Shown in pieces: positions 1-8,236 of a stretch of 23,828 nt of DNA. Every line of letters begins with the position of its first letter. Positions within the stretch are counted from its first letter, which is position 1. The notes under the pieces are model-generated. The model was not told the DNA's origin, made no database searches, and saw only the letters and a program-made list of their open reading frames with translations. Both the position numbers and the translations under genes were made by a program. The DNA comes from an uncultured Chroococcidiopsis sp. (GTDB lineage: Bacteria > Cyanobacteriota > Cyanobacteriia > Cyanobacteriales > Chroococcidiopsidaceae): contig CAXTYC010000054.1 of NCBI GenBank assembly GCA_964248365.1, positions 1 through 23,828 of the forward strand. The letters run 5' to 3'.

Positions 1-50
1 TTGCAAACTGCTTAAACCACAAGCGTTTCGGCTTTTCTTAGTGCCATTCG
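1..50 (+). mobile_element. Probable right end of an IS4-family insertion sequence (possible last transposase codons LQTA* plus terminal repeat), cut by the window edge
   Basis: Seen: + strand starts ttg caa act gct taa and has CTTAGTGCCATTCG at 37-50. The minus-strand lipase frame reads ...QRPRP/NGTKKSRNACG across this point. Recalled, not verified: ...TAGTGCCATTC resembles cyanobacterial IS4-family ends. Only 50 nt are visible. Confidence 0.45.
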
Positions 51-1722
51 GTCTAGGTCTTTGTGAACCGTCTGTTCTAATGTCAAAATCGTATGTGTTG
101 TTTGATGTAACAACGGTGTTTGACTCGCTTGCTGGATCGAGTGCAGTAATCGAGTTAACTTTCACCCCGTTGTTGCGCTCAACGAACAGCCCAGCAGTCT
201 CACTAGCAACATAAGGACCGAGACTATGACCAATAAAATTAAGAGAACTTGGGTCTACTCCCCAACGAGTTAGCGCCCTTTGAGCATAATCAGCTACAGG
301 TCTAATCCAAGTAGCAGCATAGTAATTAGCTCCAGATAAAACACCAGCAGCTTCTTTGTCCGAAGTCCAGGCTGCTTGCCTCCAATCAAGTACTAGCACT
401 GTATCATTTGGTTTAGCTCGGCTAACCGCTCCTGCTAATTCCGTGAGTCGCTCTACGCTCCCATTCCAACCGTGAACAAGAACCCATGTCTGGCTACCAA
501 TTTTTCTACGATTGTCGTTACCGACAAGATTAAATTGAACTTTGCGATTTGGGGCGTTCGATTCTAGCCCTAGATTTGGGTCGGCGAAGCCAGCGAAACC
601 ACCAAAAATAGTCTCTGGAGTTCTTATGTCATAGGCAGGGAGTTGAGCAATGCGTCCTTCTTGGAAACCATAAAGTACAAAGTGGTTGTATGCCGTTTCA
701 TACGTCAGACCTCTTGCCACTAAGTCAGAGTTTTTAGCCAGGTAGTAGCTGACATCAAAAACTGGTGAGGATATACGACCCTCACCTAGCCCGTTAATTT
801 GGAAGTGGTCATACAATTGCTGATTATTCAGACTTGCTAGGTCAGGATTGACACTTTGATAGTATTTGGTATTAAAGGCAGCAGAAAATTGGCGACCTTG
901 ATTCAAACCATAAGTTTCAAAGTGCTGTAGCAGTTGACGACCGTTGTAGCCCAAGCTACCTAAGTCCGAGTTGTTGGCTCGATAATAGTTGATATCAAAA
1001 AATTGAGAAAAACGACGTTGCTCGTTCAAGCCGTAGAGCTGTAAATGTTTTAAAGCTTCAAAATTGCTAACGCCAAAACTACCTATGTTTTGATTGCTTT
1101 CTCTATAAAATTTGAGATCGGCAAACTGTGAAAATCTCCGTTATTCATTAATACCACTCTTATTTAGATGATCAAATAGTTGCTCGTTGTTAAAGCTAGC
1201 CAAGTCTCTATTGTTAGCTTTATAGAAGCCAAGGTCAACAAATTCCGAGAAGGTGCGTCCTTCATTAACACCATATCTTTGTAAATGCTCGAACAATTGA
1301 CGGTTGCTGAAGCGTGCTAAATCTGAGTTTATAGACTGATAGAAGTTGAGATTTACTAACCCAGAGAAGCCACGTCCTTCATTCAAACCAGCATTACGTA
1401 GATGATCAAATAGTTGCTCGTTGTTAAAGCTAGCCAAGTCTCTATTGCTAGCTTTATAGAAGCCAAGGTCAACAAATTTTGAGAAGGTGCGTCCTTCATT
1501 AACACCAGTATTTTGTAAATGGTCGAACGATTGACGGTTGCTGAAATTAGCTAGATCTGAATTACTAGACCGATAAAATTTGAGATCGACAAATGGAGAG
1601 AAGGTGCGTCCTTCATCCAAACCTCTGTTTTGAAAATGTGACAATGCTTTGGCATCGCTAAATGTTGCTAGATCTGGGTTGACAGCACGATAGTAATTAG
1701 CATCGAATAAATTTACAGCCAT
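51..1722 (-). pseudogene. Disrupted gene: nine ~39-aa FD..YY...N.DL......HF...G..EGR repeats followed by a pancreatic-lipase-like alpha/beta hydrolase; in-frame TAA at 1141-1143 and probable IS truncation near nt 50
   Basis: Manual translation past the stop of ORF 1141..1722 stays open to nt 1: GINE*RRFSQFADLKFY..., four more repeats, then LVHGWNGS (HGW 466-474), VLVLDW, FIGHSLGPYVA (GHSLG 217-231) and ITALDPA (Asp 136-138). Confidence 0.85.
1165..1540 (-). repeat. Internal duplication with 234-bp offset (repeat pair 2-3 versus 4-5)
   Basis: Near-identical DNA starting at 1165 and 1399 (tagatgatcaaatagttgctcgttgttaaagctagccaagtctctattg...). 234 nt = 78 aa = two repeat units. Confidence 0.85.
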
Positions 1723-2019
1723 AGGTCACTTTATTGTAGGGATTAGTTGGTTGGCGCTTAGCCTTAGTCTTCTTCCCTAGCCTATGCAACTGTGAACCTT
1801 TTATCCAAAGCAAATAGTAACTTTTTACGCTATATTCTTAATTAGATTAAGAAAGATATAATTACTTATAAAATTAGTTATAGATATTATTTTATTATAA
1901 TTAATCTACGCGCGTTTTTACTTAACTTTTCAATTTGATAAAGTATAAATTTAAAAAAAATTGCCCTTCCTAAATTTTTGGGCAAGAAATAAAACTAATC
2001 AAGCAGTGGGTAAGTAGGC

Positions 2020-2067
2020 AAAAAAAGCCAGAAGCCAGGAGAAAAAACAATTCTGTTTTCTCCTGGC
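2020..2067 (-). terminator. Putative intrinsic terminator downstream of the ABC transporter
   Basis: 12-bp perfect stem gccaggagaaaa (2034-2045) / ttttctcctggc (2056-2067), followed on the minus strand by ttctggcttttttt. Confidence 0.5.
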
Positions 2068-2099
2068 AGCAAAAGCATTAGAGGTGGTTGCTTATAAAC

Positions 2100-2223
2100 T
2101 AGTAGGATTCAGATCAGACGATCCCCCCAACCCCCCTTTTTAAGGGGGGGGTATAATTCCCCCTTCAAAAGGGGAGTTAGGGGGGATGTTTGAGGATCGA
2201 TCGCTTTTAACTGAACCGTATTG
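2100..2223. mobile_element. MITE (Nezha-like) with 18-bp imperfect terminal inverted repeats and ~10-bp target duplication
   Basis: Right end tttaactgaaccgtattg (2206-2223); degenerate left end tagtaggattcagatcag (2100-2117). Flanks gcttataaac (2090-2099) and gctgataaac (2224-2233) match 9/10. Internal C/G-run hairpins (ccccccttttt-aagggggggg). The family name is from recall. Confidence 0.65.
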
Positions 2224-2244
2224 GCTGATAAACTAGTTAAGTGT

Positions 2245-4956
2245 TTATACTGAAGCTTGCTGACGCTGATATAACGTCCAGTATACACCTTTTTGTTGCA
2301 GCAATTGTGCATGAGTTCCTTGCTCGGCGATCGCACCTTTTTCTAATACCAAAACCATATCTGCCCGTTTGAGAGGGGCAAAACGGTGAGCAATTAAAAA
2401 GACAGTACGGTTATGCGAGATCTTCTGGATATTCTGCAAAACTTGTTGCTCAGTCTCACTATCCAAAGCACTCGTGGCTTCATCCAAAATCAAAATCGGA
2501 GCCTGAGAGAGAAACAAACGAGCTAAAGCAATTCGTTGCCGCTGACCCCCAGATAGGGCTGTTCCCCGCTCTCCCACATTGCTATCATAACCATTGGGTA
2601 GTTCACTGATAAAGTCATGAGCTACTGCTAGTCGCGCCGCTTCTACTACCTGCTCAGGTGTGATCTCTGGATTGCCCAAAGTGATATTTTCAAAGATGGA
2701 ACCGTTAAACAGAAAATCTTCTTGGAGTACCACACCAATTTGTTGTCGCAGGGAAGCTAAATCAGCACTTTTAATATCAAAGCCGTCGATTAGGATGCGA
2801 CCTGACTCTGATTGATAGAGGCGTTGCAACAATTTAGAAAGGGTACTTTTACCAGAACCACTGCGCCCAACAATGCCGACAAACATTCCTGGCTGTACAG
2901 TGAAGGAGATTCCCCGTAAGATAGGCTCAGTTTGAGGACGATAGCGGAAGAAAACTTGATCGAAGCTGACTTGTCCTTGCAGGGGTGGTAGAACTAGACC
3001 AGATCCAGGTTCGGCTTCCGGCGCAACGTTGAGAATATCCCCAATTCGGTCTACTGATAGCAGCACCTGTTGGAGGTTTTGCCACAACTGAATTAAGCGC
3101 AAAAGTGGTCCTGTGACTCTACCAGAGAGCATTTGAAAGGCAACTAGCTGACCAATAGTTAGTTCGTGGTTAATTACTAGCTTGGCTCCAAACCAGAGAA
3201 TCAGCAGGCTAGAGAAATTGGTGAGAAAGTCACCCAGGTTGTTGCTGATGTTAGAGGTAGTGGAGGCTTTGAAGCCAGTGCGGATGAAACGAGCAAACAA
3301 ACCTTCCCAGCGATCGCGTGCTGTTCTTTCTGCGGCGTGTGCCTTTACGGCATGAATTCCCGTTATCGTCTCCACCAAAAACGACTGACTATCGGCACTG
3401 CGATTAAAAGTTATATTCAGCCAATTGCGTAAAATGGGCGTTGACACGAGTGTCAAAATCGCAAACAATGGCAGGACAGCCAAGGCAACCCCAGTCAGTT
3501 TGACGTTGTAGTAAAACATCAATGCCAGGTAGACTACGGCAAAGAAGCTGTCTAAAATCACAGTCAGTGCTGTACCAGTCAGGAACTGTCGAATTTGTTC
3601 TAGTTCCTGCACTCGCGCTACTGTATCTCCCACACGCCGCGACTCAAAATAAGCCAAAGGTAGCCGCATCAGGTGGCGAAACACTTGTGCCGATAAGCTC
3701 AGATCCAGGCGACGGGCTGTGTGGGTAAAAATGAATAAACGTAAGATGCCAAGGATTGCCTCAAATACAGCAACGCACAAAAGTGCGATCGCCATCACAT
3801 CCAAAGTGGGCAAGCTTTCCTGTACCATCACCTTATCGATGATGACTTGCGTGATCAGCGGCGTGGTTAACCCCAAAAGTTGCAATGTGAAAGAGGCAAA
3901 CAGCACCTCTCCCAACAACCTGCGGTAGCGCCAAACAGCAGGCAAAAACCAACTCAGATTAAACTTTTCCTGTTTTTGGATCGGTTCGACTTGCCACAAT
4001 TGCCCATCCCAAGCCGCCTCGACAATGCGCCGAGGTACACTTTCACAAGTTTGATTCGGGTTGAGGGGATTAGCAATGATTAGGCGATCGCCCTTAAGTG
4101 CATACACGACAACCCAACGAGGGGCTGGGGGCTGGGGGCTAGGGGCTAGGGAATTTTGGATTTGATTTTCTCCTGTGCCCCCCAGCTCCTGGGCAACTGT
4201 GCCCCCCTGCTCCTCTGCTCCCCTGCTAAAGTGCTCTGGTGTCTCTTGCCATAGCATTAAAGCTGGAAATGACAGCTGAGGTAAATCAATCCAACTCGTT
4301 TTGAGCCGTCTTAGCTGTAGCCCTAACTTTTCCCCAGCTGCTACTAAATGCTTGGGGCTTTGTCCTCGTAGCTGGCGTTGCACCCAATCGAGCTGAGCCG
4401 TCGATTGCAACTGTTGTGCCACCATAGTTAAACAGGCAGCACCTGTGTTGACGCTCTCGACGAATGGATAACCAGATACAGTTTGGGGGATATCTGGAGT
4501 AGGAGGGAGATAGCGCGATCGCGTTTGATGCCAAAACTGCTCAATTTCTAAAGATGCAACTTCCTGCCAAAGTGCGGTATCCCACCGTACTACAACCACT
4601 TCTTTGCTAGCAGCTACAGCTTTCAAATCGCTAGGAATATGAAGCAAGTCACCGAACCAATCCCCCTGAGCTAGATTTGCCAACGCCTTGGGGTTTTCTG
4701 CCTCTCGCAAGCGAACCTTACCAGAGACTACAAAAAACTGCTCTGCCAAACCAGGAGACCAAATCTTTTGCCCCAGAGTATAGCGACGAGTCTGTGCTTG
4801 ATTTTGGAATTGAACTTGCTGTTGAGGATTTAACCAACAAAGGGGTGGTTCATCCCAAGGTAGAGACGCAATATATTGCGTCTCTACAGATGCGTCAACA
4901 ACTATTAACTGACCTGTAACTTGACCGTTAGCTTCTGAATCTTTTCTGCTAGCCAT
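2245..4956 (-). CDS. Type I secretion ABC transporter, HlyB family (degenerate cNMP-binding domain, inactive C39-like domain, ABC membrane domain, ATPase)
   Basis: Walker A GRSGSGKST, signature LSGGQRQR, Walker B ILILDE, H-loop IAHR. Membrane domain with YFESRRVGD. C39-like NTGAACL lacks the catalytic Cys. N-terminal VVSGKVRL...GDWFG is cNMP-like. Confidence 0.92.
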   Translation of the reverse strand: MASRKDSEANGQVTGQLIVVDASVETQYIASLPWDEPPLCWLNPQQQVQFQNQAQTRRYTLGQKIWSPGLAEQFFVVSGKVRLREAENPKALANLAQGDWFGDLLHIPSDLKAVAASKEVVVVRWDTALWQEVASLEIEQFWHQTRSRYLPPTPDIPQTVSGYPFVESVNTGAACLTMVAQQLQSTAQLDWVQRQLRGQSPKHLVAAGEKLGLQLRRLKTSWIDLPQLSFPALMLWQETPEHFSRGAEEQGGTVAQELGGTGENQIQNSLAPSPQPPAPRWVVVYALKGDRLIIANPLNPNQTCESVPRRIVEAAWDGQLWQVEPIQKQEKFNLSWFLPAVWRYRRLLGEVLFASFTLQLLGLTTPLITQVIIDKVMVQESLPTLDVMAIALLCVAVFEAILGILRLFIFTHTARRLDLSLSAQVFRHLMRLPLAYFESRRVGDTVARVQELEQIRQFLTGTALTVILDSFFAVVYLALMFYYNVKLTGVALAVLPLFAILTLVSTPILRNWLNITFNRSADSQSFLVETITGIHAVKAHAAERTARDRWEGLFARFIRTGFKASTTSNISNNLGDFLTNFSSLLILWFGAKLVINHELTIGQLVAFQMLSGRVTGPLLRLIQLWQNLQQVLLSVDRIGDILNVAPEAEPGSGLVLPPLQGQVSFDQVFFRYRPQTEPILRGISFTVQPGMFVGIVGRSGSGKSTLSKLLQRLYQSESGRILIDGFDIKSADLASLRQQIGVVLQEDFLFNGSIFENITLGNPEITPEQVVEAARLAVAHDFISELPNGYDSNVGERGTALSGGQRQRIALARLFLSQAPILILDEATSALDSETEQQVLQNIQKISHNRTVFLIAHRFAPLKRADMVLVLEKGAIAEQGTHAQLLQQKGVYWTLYQRQQASV
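4860..4887. repeat. Perfect 28-bp GTAG-type palindrome (REP-like) inside the ABC transporter CDS
   Basis: gtagagacgcaata|tattgcgtctctac; translates as VETQYIASL on both strands. Confidence 0.85.
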
Positions 4957-5663
4957 TGCTCAAACAACTCATTTTCTAATCCTTGCTTTAGCTGCTCTTG
5001 TTCTAATGAGGCAGGCAGAACTTGCTCTACTCGAAATAAGCCCCAACGACCATCTATTGCTAAAGGTCCCACCACCTCACCAAGATTAGCCACATCAATA
5101 GCTGCTCTGAGTGCATCTGGTAGGCTTCCCCGACTAATTGGTCCCATCATGCCGTTGACGATCCGGTCATCGGTCAGAGAATATTCTTTGGCTAGTTGCT
5201 CAAAGCTTGTTCCTTCTTCAATTTGGCTAGCTAATTCCTCAGCTAATTCCTGATCAGCCACGATAATGCGAGAAATTACTACCCTGTCCAAAAACAGTTT
5301 GCGCTCAATAAAATACTCTTGCAGTTTTGGCTGTGTCACCGCAGCTTTAAGTTTTTCTTGTTTGAAGCCAAAATTAATTTGTGAGTGAAATGTAGCGCGA
5401 TCTGTATTCTGACTAGCAAGCCACTCCTCAAACCGCTTGGAGTCAGTTAGCTGATTTTGTAGGCGAAAATCGATGATTGCTTGTTCAGTTAGGGCAGACT
5501 CAATATCTAGATCTGTTCGCGCTTGTATTTCTTTTTCTATGACGTGCTGACGGAGAATATCTCCAATCAGAAGCTGCATTCTTCCAGAAGATTGTAGATA
5601 TCGCAAGGCTTGAGCCAGAGAAATAGGGTAGTTATCTACTACTAAGAATTGTTGGGGTTCCAT
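4905..5663 (-). CDS. PpiC/parvulin-type peptidylprolyl isomerase associated with type I secretion
   Basis: Rotamase-like core SRIIVAD...SFEQLAKEYS...NGMMG...GEVVGP. Overlaps the start of the ABC transporter by 52 nt. Confidence 0.85.
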   Translation of the reverse strand: MEPQQFLVVDNYPISLAQALRYLQSSGRMQLLIGDILRQHVIEKEIQARTDLDIESALTEQAIIDFRLQNQLTDSKRFEEWLASQNTDRATFHSQINFGFKQEKLKAAVTQPKLQEYFIERKLFLDRVVISRIIVADQELAEELASQIEEGTSFEQLAKEYSLTDDRIVNGMMGPISRGSLPDALRAAIDVANLGEVVGPLAIDGRWGLFRVEQVLPASLEQEQLKQGLENELFEQWLAEKIQKLTVKLQVS

Positions 5664-5680
5664 ATAGCTTTATACAAAAA

Positions 5681-5709
5681 TGTAGGGGAATTACTGAATT
5701 ACCCCTACA
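5681..5709. repeat. GTAG-type imperfect palindrome (REP-like)
   Basis: tgtaggggaattactgaattacccctaca, 17 nt upstream of the PPIase start. Confidence 0.7.
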
Positions 5710-5836
5710 CAAAAAAATAACCCTATTTCTACTGTGTAACCAAGCGCAAATTCACTGAGAACTTTACATATTTTTCAAATTCAACTGGGTGATCTACGTA
5801 AATTCACAGATGTGTACAATCGATTTCTCGAATGCC

Positions 5837-6898
5837 TCAAATGCCAGCATGACCAAGTGCTAAGCCTGTTACCAGCATCCCTAGAACCAGAAAAGGTTGG
5901 GCGCTTGCCTGGTACTTCACATCATTTTTCAGGGGATCGCGTAAGAAATACATATCCTGAAATGTGATTTGCGGGATGATCAAAAGCGTCAGAATTGCGG
6001 CGTACAGATTTTCATGAATGCTAACTAGGTAAGCAGCAATTCCTAATTGAAATAAATCAATCATTGCCACACAAATCCATGCTGCTGTGTTGACACCAAA
6101 CATGACTGGTAATGATTTCAATCCAAGTTGGCGATCGCCTTCGACACTCTTGAAGTCATTTACTACGGCAATACCCAAACCAGCCATACTATATATCAGC
6201 GTCAGAATTGCAATTGTCCAATTGAGATCGCCAAATAAAGCATGACCAGTCCACCAAGGTAAAGCAATGTAGCTAGCCCCCAGAGCATAATTACCCAGCC
6301 AGCCATTTCGCTTTAGTTTCAGCGGTGGAGCGGAATAAATGTATGCTAAGAAAGAACCACCAAGAGCCAGCGCTGTTATAGTAGGAAATTCATGCCCTGC
6401 CCAGCGATCGAGAGCAAAAGCAATAGCAATTCCCGCAAATAGCAGCACCCAAATTTGTGTAATTACTTGTGGAATCGAAATTGCTCCAGAGGGAATTGGG
6501 CGGTAGGGTTCATTAATCGCGTCAATTTCGCGATCGTAAAAATCATTTAGCGTTTGGGTGTAACCTGCGAGCATTGGTCCTGCTAGCAACATACACGCTG
6601 CTGATATCAAGACATTTTCCAAAGTCCAGGTGTATTGACCAGAAGAAGCTGCACCGCAGATGACACCCCACATGAGGGGAATCCAGGTAATCGGTTTCAT
6701 CAATTGGAGGCGAATTTTCCAAATCGAAGTTTCGCCCCCTGTTGCTCCTTTCATCCCCAGCAGTTGCCTAGTTTTACCACTGCGATCGACTAGGGGAGCC
6801 TCTGTATTCGGTTGAATATTCACCTGGGCAGCAGATTCCTCAATCGCCTGCTCTGAGTTAGCATCTGGGAACATAGGAGAAGGAGTGGGATTTGACAT
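5837..6898 (-). CDS. chlG: Chlorophyll synthase (UbiA prenyltransferase family)
   Basis: TRQLLGMKGA, IWKIRLQLMKPITWIPL, NDFYDREIDAINEPYRPIPSG, NDFKSVEGDR, DVKYQASAQPF. Confidence 0.97.
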   Translation of the reverse strand: MSNPTPSPMFPDANSEQAIEESAAQVNIQPNTEAPLVDRSGKTRQLLGMKGATGGETSIWKIRLQLMKPITWIPLMWGVICGAASSGQYTWTLENVLISAACMLLAGPMLAGYTQTLNDFYDREIDAINEPYRPIPSGAISIPQVITQIWVLLFAGIAIAFALDRWAGHEFPTITALALGGSFLAYIYSAPPLKLKRNGWLGNYALGASYIALPWWTGHALFGDLNWTIAILTLIYSMAGLGIAVVNDFKSVEGDRQLGLKSLPVMFGVNTAAWICVAMIDLFQLGIAAYLVSIHENLYAAILTLLIIPQITFQDMYFLRDPLKNDVKYQASAQPFLVLGMLVTGLALGHAGI

Positions 6899-6916
6899 AA
6901 GCTTAATTCTTAAATT

Positions 6917-7052
6917 AGGGACTAGGGGTTAGGGGCTAGAGGTTAGGGGAAGCCTGCGGTAGGGTAAAGGGTAAAGGGGAAAGGGTAAAGGTAATTGTCC
7001 CCTTGTCCCCTTGTCCTCACGCGCGCCCCTAGCCCCTAGCCCCTAGCCCCTA
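6917..7052. repeat. Heptamer short tandem repeats (STRR-like): TAGGGG(C/T)-like copies facing (GCCCCTA)4, with GGGTAAA-like units between
   Basis: Direct reading; GCCCCTA x4 at 7025-7052 is complementary to the taggggc-like copies at about 6917-6950. Confidence 0.85.
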
Positions 7053-7056
7053 CTTA

Positions 7057-8151
7057 TTACAACGAAATTATCAAATAACCCTGTTGAAATTTTGCACCAG
7101 AGACAGTTCTGCCGCTCAGACCTGGAGGAAGAACTATATTGCGTCGCTGGTCGCCAGCTTCGACTGTAATTTCGCCACCAGATTGGGTAAGTTTAACTTG
7201 CTTTTTATCAAATCCAGGCACAAACAGGCGCACCTGACGAGCAGCAACATCGATTTCAAGCGGTTTGGGAACCTGTGGTGTGCGTGAAAAATCTGGTAAT
7301 GCATCCATCAGAGGTTGCCAATCACCAGCGGGGCTAGTAGGAACGGCAGTAACGGGTAGGGGAGAAAAATCAGCTGACACTGTATCTGTCATTGTAGTCT
7401 GATTTAGGATCACCCCACCAACAGTTAGACCAACTAGTTGAGCGCTACCCCACAAATAACGGGCAGTAGTCACACTAGCCGGATCATTGGTAGTCACCAG
7501 GTAAGCAGCAAGGCGTTGAGGATCAGCTAGGGCTGCTTTGCCCTGCTCCAAAATATTATTGACTTTACTTGTAGGTTGGGCAAAGTTATCACCAGTCCAA
7601 CTGACGTTAAATACCGTACTAATCAGTGGCTGGAGAAAAGGCGTAACAGTTTTCCCCATGTCGGAATCTGCGATCAACTTACCAAACCGACGACTGTACC
7701 AGCCCAAACTTTCTGGCATACCTATCATCCGCAGGGTAGTAGCGTCGCTGCTGCCATCGTAGATAATAATGTCATACTTGCCGTCCGCGTCGTACTCTCG
7801 GATCGCATTGAGTGCTAAGGCTTTATCCATTCCTGGCAAAACCACCAATTCTTGTCCGTAGACTTCTTTGATGATGGGGGTTCGGAGGTATTGCGCTTCT
7901 AGTTTTTTCACTTCCTCCCAGTTGCGTTCCAAAAGTACAGATGTTTTCAAATGGACAACTTGGAGGTTGGGGGCTATTTCTTGGGGGTCAGGAGCAAGGG
8001 GAGCATTGAGCAGTAAACTGAACGCTGGCTGGCTGTCATCTGCTGCTAAAAGGACGCGCTTACCCTCAGCAGCCAATCGCTTGGCTGCGGCGATCGCAAT
8101 TGTACTACGCCCAACTCCACCTTTGCCCAAAAATGTCAAAATCAGGGGCAT
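7057..8151 (-). CDS. ArsA/Get3-family ATPase-like protein with C-terminal alpha-crystallin-like domain (Get3d type)
   Basis: Deviant P-loop GKGGVGRST, LPGMD, IIIYDG; C-terminal VRLFVPGFDKKQVKLTQ...GDQRRNIVLP...AKF...LIISL; lies between petP and chlG. Confidence 0.88.
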   Translation of the reverse strand: MPLILTFLGKGGVGRSTIAIAAAKRLAAEGKRVLLAADDSQPAFSLLLNAPLAPDPQEIAPNLQVVHLKTSVLLERNWEEVKKLEAQYLRTPIIKEVYGQELVVLPGMDKALALNAIREYDADGKYDIIIYDGSSDATTLRMIGMPESLGWYSRRFGKLIADSDMGKTVTPFLQPLISTVFNVSWTGDNFAQPTSKVNNILEQGKAALADPQRLAAYLVTTNDPASVTTARYLWGSAQLVGLTVGGVILNQTTMTDTVSADFSPLPVTAVPTSPAGDWQPLMDALPDFSRTPQVPKPLEIDVAARQVRLFVPGFDKKQVKLTQSGGEITVEAGDQRRNIVLPPGLSGRTVSGAKFQQGYLIISL

Positions 8152-8236
8152 AATGGCTAACTTTCCAGAAGAGTGCTGATAAATTTCATGTCTGGTTTAG
8201 TTTCCCTACTGGGAGCTACCCCAGACATCGCCCTTC

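Noticed and set aside
1141..1143. Programmed stop recoding (Sec/Pyl)
   Set aside because: The codon is TAA, not TGA or TAG; a CAA>TAA change is the simpler explanation.
1165..1540. Diversity-generating retroelement template/variable repeat pair
   Set aside because: Both copies are in-frame protein repeats at an exact two-unit offset, and no reverse transcriptase is in the window.
1723..2000. Specific promoter or NtcA site in the AT-rich upstream region
   Set aside because: No GTA-N8-TAC found by eye; -10-like hexamers are uninformative at this AT content.
2109..2336. 75-aa ORF
   Set aside because: Overlaps the transporter 3' end in another frame and runs through the MITE; PPLKKGG is a repeat translation.
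3522..4919. Short ORFs inside the ABC transporter gene
   Set aside because: Antisense or alternate-frame shadows of a well-supported gene, with no motifs.
2245..4956. Bacteriocin/RiPP processing exporter or hetC call
   Set aside because: C39 catalytic residues are missing, no precursor peptide is evident, and orthology cannot be established by eye.
7057..8151. Arsenite efflux ATPase
   Set aside because: Single ATPase domain, no cysteines, no ars operon; context fits the photosynthetic Get3-like clade.
7084..8179. Plus-strand ORFs opposite the ArsA-like gene
   Set aside because: Antisense shadows.
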